DNA of 30,578 nt, from positions 1 to 30,578 of the forward strand of contig JAYUCX010000183.1 in NCBI GenBank assembly GCA_043740145.1, written 5' to 3'. Within the stretch, counting starts at the first letter, position 1, and each line of letters opens with the position of its first letter. Under the pieces are notes generated by a model. The model did no database searches, was not told the DNA's origin, and saw only the letters and a program-made list of their open reading frames with translations. Below are positions 26,701-30,578 of this stretch, piece after piece. The DNA is from Gammaproteobacteria bacterium (lineage in GTDB: Bacteria > Pseudomonadota > Gammaproteobacteria > SURF-13). A program made the translations under genes and the position numbers.

Positions 26701-27375
26701 TCATTTCTGTAAGAGAACTTGCGCGATTTCAGGAGCGCGTTTTCTGTAATCCATTTCATTCACCCATTCAATAGAGTTTTGCTCCATGGACTGACAGACC
26801 TCTCGCTCTGAAATTTTTAAAGTCGATGCAGCATCCTTCATGTCTTGAGCGATCATCTTTTCGGTAGAGGGCGACACAAATTTGTAAAACTTGTCGAGGT
26901 CATATGGAATCCCATGCTCCTTGAAGTCTAGAATTTGGATTCTTTCGGCAGATATGAACAACTGATGGTGTTTTTGTTCATAGGCATTGACAAAGGATTT
27001 AATGGGGGTACCGAGCGAAGCGCAATAATCTGCGCGGGTTCGTGTGTTCAAAAAATATGCACCAAAGAAAAAATTTGATGCGGCAGTTAATTTCTGTTTT
27101 TCTGTGTTGGAGGTATTTAGTGTGGTGATTGCGTTTTTGTATGACTTTTCTACGAGAACCTCAGTTGTGCTTTTTTCTGTTGTAGCCTGGCTCTGAGCTG
27201 CTTTGATTTCCTGCTCAGTGTTCGCAGCACCACGCTCACTTGTCTCTTGCATTGATCTTGATTGGAACCACTGGCTCTTGAGTTCTTTGACTGCAAGAAA
27301 TGAAATAACAAAGACAACAACAAATATCAGTTTCCCGAAAGCAGTTTTTGATATTTCTTTTATCTTGTCGAGCAT
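26701..27375 (-). CDS. Hypothetical membrane-anchored protein, probable integron cassette gene
   Basis: 224 aa, one N-terminal TM helix, AT-rich; GGGGAG RBS; starts about 50 nt after the attC crossover G|TTAGCG. No family recognised. Confidence 0.75.
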   Translation of the reverse strand: MLDKIKEISKTAFGKLIFVVVFVISFLAVKELKSQWFQSRSMQETSERGAANTEQEIKAAQSQATTEKSTTEVLVEKSYKNAITTLNTSNTEKQKLTAASNFFFGAYFLNTRTRADYCASLGTPIKSFVNAYEQKHHQLFISAERIQILDFKEHGIPYDLDKFYKFVSPSTEKMIAQDMKDAASTLKISEREVCQSMEQNSIEWVNEMDYRKRAPEIAQVLLQK

Positions 27376-27419
27376 GTTAACTCCCCAAAAAGTCTCGGAT
27401 TGTCACGGCCTTTCAGGGC

Positions 27420-27488
27420 CGCTAACGGCCGATCTCACCTGCGAGTGGCGGGTCAGCGCCAGGAGTCAGGTGGAGCGAGTTGTTATGC
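27420..27488 (-). mobile_element. Integron attC recombination site
   Basis: Minus strand: R'' GCATAAC (contains the gene's TAA stop), 5-nt spacer, L'' GCTCCACCTG pairing with L' CAGGTGAG with one extra-helical base, central TGGCG/CGCCA stem, R' GTTAGCG; 69 bp. Confidence 0.88.
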
Positions 27489-27990
27489 ATACTTTGCATA
27501 GTGCCACCATCTTAATGAGATTTTTTCATCCACAACATCTCTCGCCAGAACGAAGAGACTAGGTTCGCCGTTGTGTTCTGCTACAAGTCTTTCTGCCTTC
27601 AGGAGATTTCTGTCGTATTCAGTCTTTAGATTGTAAGAGTCATTGCCCATCTTTGCCTGAGCTGCGTTGTCCAGACCGCGATTAATATCTTGGACTTGCT
27701 CGAAGAACCGCCCCAGTATCAGCACTTCTTCCTCGGCTACCGCTCCATCCGCTAGCAGTACAGGGTACGAAACCTGATAAGCAATGACCGGCAACCGATA
27801 GAGAGGCGACATGACATTGTCGTTAAGCAACGTCTCGGCCTTTTCTTTGCACAGCATCATTTCTGCACGAAGAGCGCACCAGTGTGTTTTTAGCCTCCGT
27901 TTCCGATTGAACCATGGAGGCAACAGCCCAAGCAGGAAGCCAAAAATAGCGAACGCCAATTCAGTCAACGCTCAATCCTCGTAGGCATAA
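27426..27990 (-). mobile_element. Complete integron gene cassette (565 bp)
   Basis: Begins G|TTATGC (27991-27985) just upstream of the RBS and start codon and ends at the G of the attC R' (27426). The leading GTTATGC is the exact complement of the R'' GCATAAC, as required for the circular cassette. Confidence 0.85.
27483..27968 (-). CDS. Hypothetical protein (cassette gene)
   Basis: 161 aa, TTG start after GAGGA; hydrophobic N-terminus followed by basic RKRRLK; stop codon lies inside the attC R'' box. Confidence 0.75.
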   Translation of the reverse strand: MTELAFAIFGFLLGLLPPWFNRKRRLKTHWCALRAEMMLCKEKAETLLNDNVMSPLYRLPVIAYQVSYPVLLADGAVAEEEVLILGRFFEQVQDINRGLDNAAQAKMGNDSYNLKTEYDRNLLKAERLVAEHNGEPSLFVLARDVVDEKISLRWWHYAKYA

Positions 27991-28013
27991 CTAGGATCGA
28001 AATCAGCGAAATC

Positions 28014-28087
28014 AGGGTCAAGTCTCCCATATTGCATGAATCATCTCAATGATCTATTTTGAGACCTCCTGGTCAGACTCGATTAAT
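28014..28087. repeat. Further copies of the island's short repeat family
   Basis: gggtcaagtct at about 28015-28025; gtcagactcgattaat (28072-28087) is an inverted copy of repeat B with one mismatch. Confidence 0.65.
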
Positions 28088-28159
28088 CGTTTACCAGCCG
28101 CTAATAAGTCGAGTATGATTCGATTATTCGTTCCGAAGAGGTAAATTATTTGTTAGAGG

Positions 28160-28576
28160 CTATTTAGTTTTCAGCAGGTCCTTGAGATTCGTAAAGGGAC
28201 TATAAGTGGGCGAGCCCTCTGTCGGCCTGACGTCGGTTGCCCCGGCAATATAGTCGCCATAACGCGAATGCTCGTTATCGTGGCAATAAATGCACAGGTT
28301 TTCCCAATTGCTGCCGTCTAGTGGGTTGTTGTCGTGGTTATGGTCTTTGTGGTGCACGGTAAGCAGGTGCAGGTTTTCGCGCGTGAACTCACGTCCACAC
28401 TTGCTACACACCCAAGGATGCATCTTTAAGGACAGCTCCCGATAACCCTTATTGCGCTCATCTTGTTCTTTACGCGCCTTGGCCACCAGGGCGTCGAGCC
28501 TGGCAGTGCCCGCCGGGGCGCTGCTATCTTGTTTTTGCTTGTTCACATCTATTGTCCGAGGGTTACCCTTAGCCAT
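28160..28576 (-). CDS. yajD: YajD family HNH nuclease
   Basis: GYRELSLKMHPWVCSKCGREF...LTVHHKDHNHDNNPLDGSNWENLCIYCHDNEHSR; GGAGG RBS. Confidence 0.85.
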   Translation of the reverse strand: MAKGNPRTIDVNKQKQDSSAPAGTARLDALVAKARKEQDERNKGYRELSLKMHPWVCSKCGREFTRENLHLLTVHHKDHNHDNNPLDGSNWENLCIYCHDNEHSRYGDYIAGATDVRPTEGSPTYSPFTNLKDLLKTK

Positions 28577-28655
28577 TATGTCCTCCCCGACCTCAAGGTC
28601 AGAGCTCTTTAATAGAGGTCTTTAATCACGCTGGAACGACGGGTTGTGGGCAGCA

Positions 28656-28886
28656 CTATAAAAGCTCTTTGAATTTTTCGGGTGTGATCCGCATATCGTC
28701 GATAATGCCATGCAGAGTCTTTGGCTTAATATCACAGCCTCCATGGACAGGGACAACAACGCGGGCCTTGTCAGAAGGGCGGTAAAATATGGCATGGCTG
28801 CCCTTTTGACGGTCCAGCTCAAAACCAAGTTGCTTTACTACACGAATCAGGTCTTTGGCTTTAATCTGTGGAAGAAACGGACTCAT
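28656..28886 (-). CDS. hicA: Type II toxin-antitoxin HicA family toxin
   Basis: 76 aa, LGFELDRQKGSHAIFY (catalytic GSH), VVVPVH, KPKTLHGII; overlaps the hicB stop by 4 nt. Confidence 0.88.
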   Translation of the reverse strand: MSPFLPQIKAKDLIRVVKQLGFELDRQKGSHAIFYRPSDKARVVVPVHGGCDIKPKTLHGIIDDMRITPEKFKELL

Positions 28887-29107
28887 GCCGCCACGTGGAT
28901 GGGCTTGATGATTACATCCTCGGAGGGAACAGGTTCCGAATGGGCTTTTAAGCTTTCGATATACAGTTGGACGGCTTCGGTAATATTCTGAACGGTTTCT
29001 TCATAAGAATCACCTTGCGAATGGCAACCTCGAAGCGCAGGACAGAAAGCATGATAACCACCGCTCTCTTCGCGCTCTATAATCACGGTGTAGTGATATT
29101 CGGTCAT
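28883..29107 (-). CDS. hicB: Type II toxin-antitoxin HicB family antitoxin (short form)
   Basis: YTVIIEREESGGYHAFCPALRGCHSQGDSYEETVQNITEAVQLYIESL; no C-terminal DNA-binding domain; AGGAG RBS. Confidence 0.88.
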   Translation of the reverse strand: MTEYHYTVIIEREESGGYHAFCPALRGCHSQGDSYEETVQNITEAVQLYIESLKAHSEPVPSEDVIIKPIHVAA

Positions 29108-29125
29108 AGGGTTCTCCTGCTTTCA

Positions 29126-29154
29126 TTTATAACCTGCCGCAAACTGCAATGCAA
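29126..29154 (-). promoter_or_regulatory. Candidate sigma70 promoter for hicB-hicA
   Basis: Minus strand TTGCAT (29154-29149), 17-nt spacer, TATAAA (29131-29126), just upstream of the AGGAG RBS. Confidence 0.35.
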
Positions 29155-29186
29155 TGTCTCTTACTGCCGAACTAGAAATACGGCTG

Positions 29187-30089
29187 TCAGGGGTCTTTCT
29201 TTTCCCCGGAGCCGCTGCTGAGCGGCGGTGGATAGATGCTGGGTGCGACGGGCTGGGTGCCGGCGGGCGGGTTAAAGCTGCGTGCGGCGGGAGAGTCATC
29301 TGTTTCGACGTCCTCGACCTCTTCGTTTTTACGCACGTAGAGGCGGGAGACCAGTACGCCGACTTCGAACAGTAGCCACAAAGGGATGGCGAGCAAGGTC
29401 TGGGAAATGATATCCGGCGGGGTGAGCAGCATGCCGATCACGAAGGCGCCGACGATCACATAACGGCGCTGAGCCGTCAGGGCCTCGGGGGTGACCACGC
29501 CCATCCATACCAGCAGGATCACGGCGATGGGGACTTCGAAGGCGGCCCCGAACGCGAAGAACATCCCGAGCACGAAGTCCAGATACTTGCTGATGTCGGT
29601 CATCACCGCCACGCCCTGTGGCGCGATCCCGGTCAGGAACTTGAACACCAGCGGGAACACCACAAAATAGGCAAAAGCGGCGCCGCCATAGAACAACAGC
29701 GTGCTGGACACCAGCAAGGGGTAGACCATCTTGCGCTCGTGTTTATACAAACCGGGGGCGACGAAGGCCCACAGGTGATAGAGGATAATGGGGACGGCAA
29801 TGAAAATCGACACCCATAGCGTGAGTTTAACCGGCGTTAAAAAGGGCGAGGCCACATCGATGGCAATCATGGTGCTGCCCTTGGGGAGATAGCGCAGCAG
29901 GGGTTCGGCGAGCAGGGTGTAAAGATCGTTGGCGTAGAAGAACAGCGCGAGAAACACGACCAAAACTGAAACCACAATCTTGAGCAGGCGGTCGCGCAAC
30001 TCCAGGAGGTGCGCGATTAGCGGTTGTTCCTGATCTCCTTGTTTAGGGGGCGGAGCATCAGGAGGCGGAAGTTTATCTTGGGCTGCCAT
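29187..30089 (-). CDS. tatC: Twin-arginine translocase subunit TatC
   Basis: [48 protein letters not shown]. Confidence 0.96.
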   Translation of the reverse strand: MAAQDKLPPPDAPPPKQGDQEQPLIAHLLELRDRLLKIVVSVLVVFLALFFYANDLYTLLAEPLLRYLPKGSTMIAIDVASPFLTPVKLTLWVSIFIAVPIILYHLWAFVAPGLYKHERKMVYPLLVSSTLLFYGGAAFAYFVVFPLVFKFLTGIAPQGVAVMTDISKYLDFVLGMFFAFGAAFEVPIAVILLVWMGVVTPEALTAQRRYVIVGAFVIGMLLTPPDIISQTLLAIPLWLLFEVGVLVSRLYVRKNEEVEDVETDDSPAARSFNPPAGTQPVAPSIYPPPLSSGSGEKKDP

Positions 30090-30477
30090 GGTTGGCTTCA
30101 GAGGCCTCGGCGACCCCTACCTGCGTGGCAGGTGGTTGAGAGCCCGCAAGGGAGGTGGAGCCGATTGGCAGAGCGGCTTGCTTGGCGGCTTCGGGGTCTG
30201 CCGTGGAGCGTTCTATGTCCTGCTCGATGGCGGTACGGCTGTCCTCTACGATCTGCCGCAGTTGCTGAACCTCGGCCTGCTGTTCTGTAAGCAACTTTCT
30301 CAGCTCATCGGTCTTGAACTCGCGGTCTATATCCGCCTTGACGCTCTCGATCATGCGCCGGGTTTTGCCTATCCATTTTCCCGCCGTACGTGCGAGTTCC
30401 GGCAATTTTTTCGGGCCTACCACCAACAGCGCCACAATGCCGACCAGGGCGATCTCACCAAAGCTGATATCAAACAT
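30073..30477 (-). CDS. tatB: Twin-arginine translocase subunit TatB
   Basis: [31 protein letters not shown], amphipathic helix, low-complexity tail. Confidence 0.94.
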   Translation of the reverse strand: MFDISFGEIALVGIVALLVVGPKKLPELARTAGKWIGKTRRMIESVKADIDREFKTDELRKLLTEQQAEVQQLRQIVEDSRTAIEQDIERSTADPEAAKQAALPIGSTSLAGSQPPATQVGVAEASEANHGSPR

Positions 30478-30497
30478 GCCAGGTCTTTGCTACGGCG

Positions 30498-30578
30498 TTA
30501 GACTTTTTCCTTGTCCTTGACTACCGTCTCGGCTTCGATGATGCGGCCACCGCTGTTTTGATCCGCATGGGTGGTGGC
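30498..30578 (-). CDS. tatA: 3' end of twin-arginine translocase subunit TatA (5' part outside the window)
   Basis: Open frame ATTHADQNSGGRIIEAETVVKDKEKV* directly upstream of tatB; resembles TatA C-termini. Assigned mainly by position. Confidence 0.7.
   Translation of the reverse strand, partial: ATTHADQNSGGRIIEAETVVKDKEKV

Noticed and set aside
28095-28160. Possible attC after yajD (minus strand CTCTAAC...ATTAGCG)
   Set aside because: The right core is ATT rather than GTT, and no L''/L' pairing or central stem can be drawn.

Overview
Chromosomal window from what looks like a non-enteric gammaproteobacterium (inferred from gene content and order). Left part (1-17.0 kb) is mostly housekeeping: a MidA-type methyltransferase (5' partial), lemA plus two TPM genes, cca, an NDUFA9-like SDR, slt, an aldehyde dehydrogenase coupled to a TauE/SafE exporter, a lower-GC HNH insert, moaA, the rsmI/lpoA-yraN-gmhA-BON block, and sspB-sspA. 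The centre (17.56-24.87 kb) is a complete seven-gene alternative complex III operon (actA-B1-B2-C-D-E-F, split actB). It sits between sspA and degQ/S, the slot normally held by the cytochrome bc1 operon petABC. Between degQ/S and tatC (26.1-29.2 kb) is an AT-richer accessory patch. It holds a repeat-flanked DUF3330-like gene, one intact integron gene cassette with a textbook attC, a probable second cassette that has lost its attC, no integrase, a YajD HNH gene and a hicB-hicA pair. The window ends in tatC, tatB and the 3' end of tatA. REP-like palindromes occur at two convergent gene junctions. No rRNA, tRNA or CRISPR array was seen.
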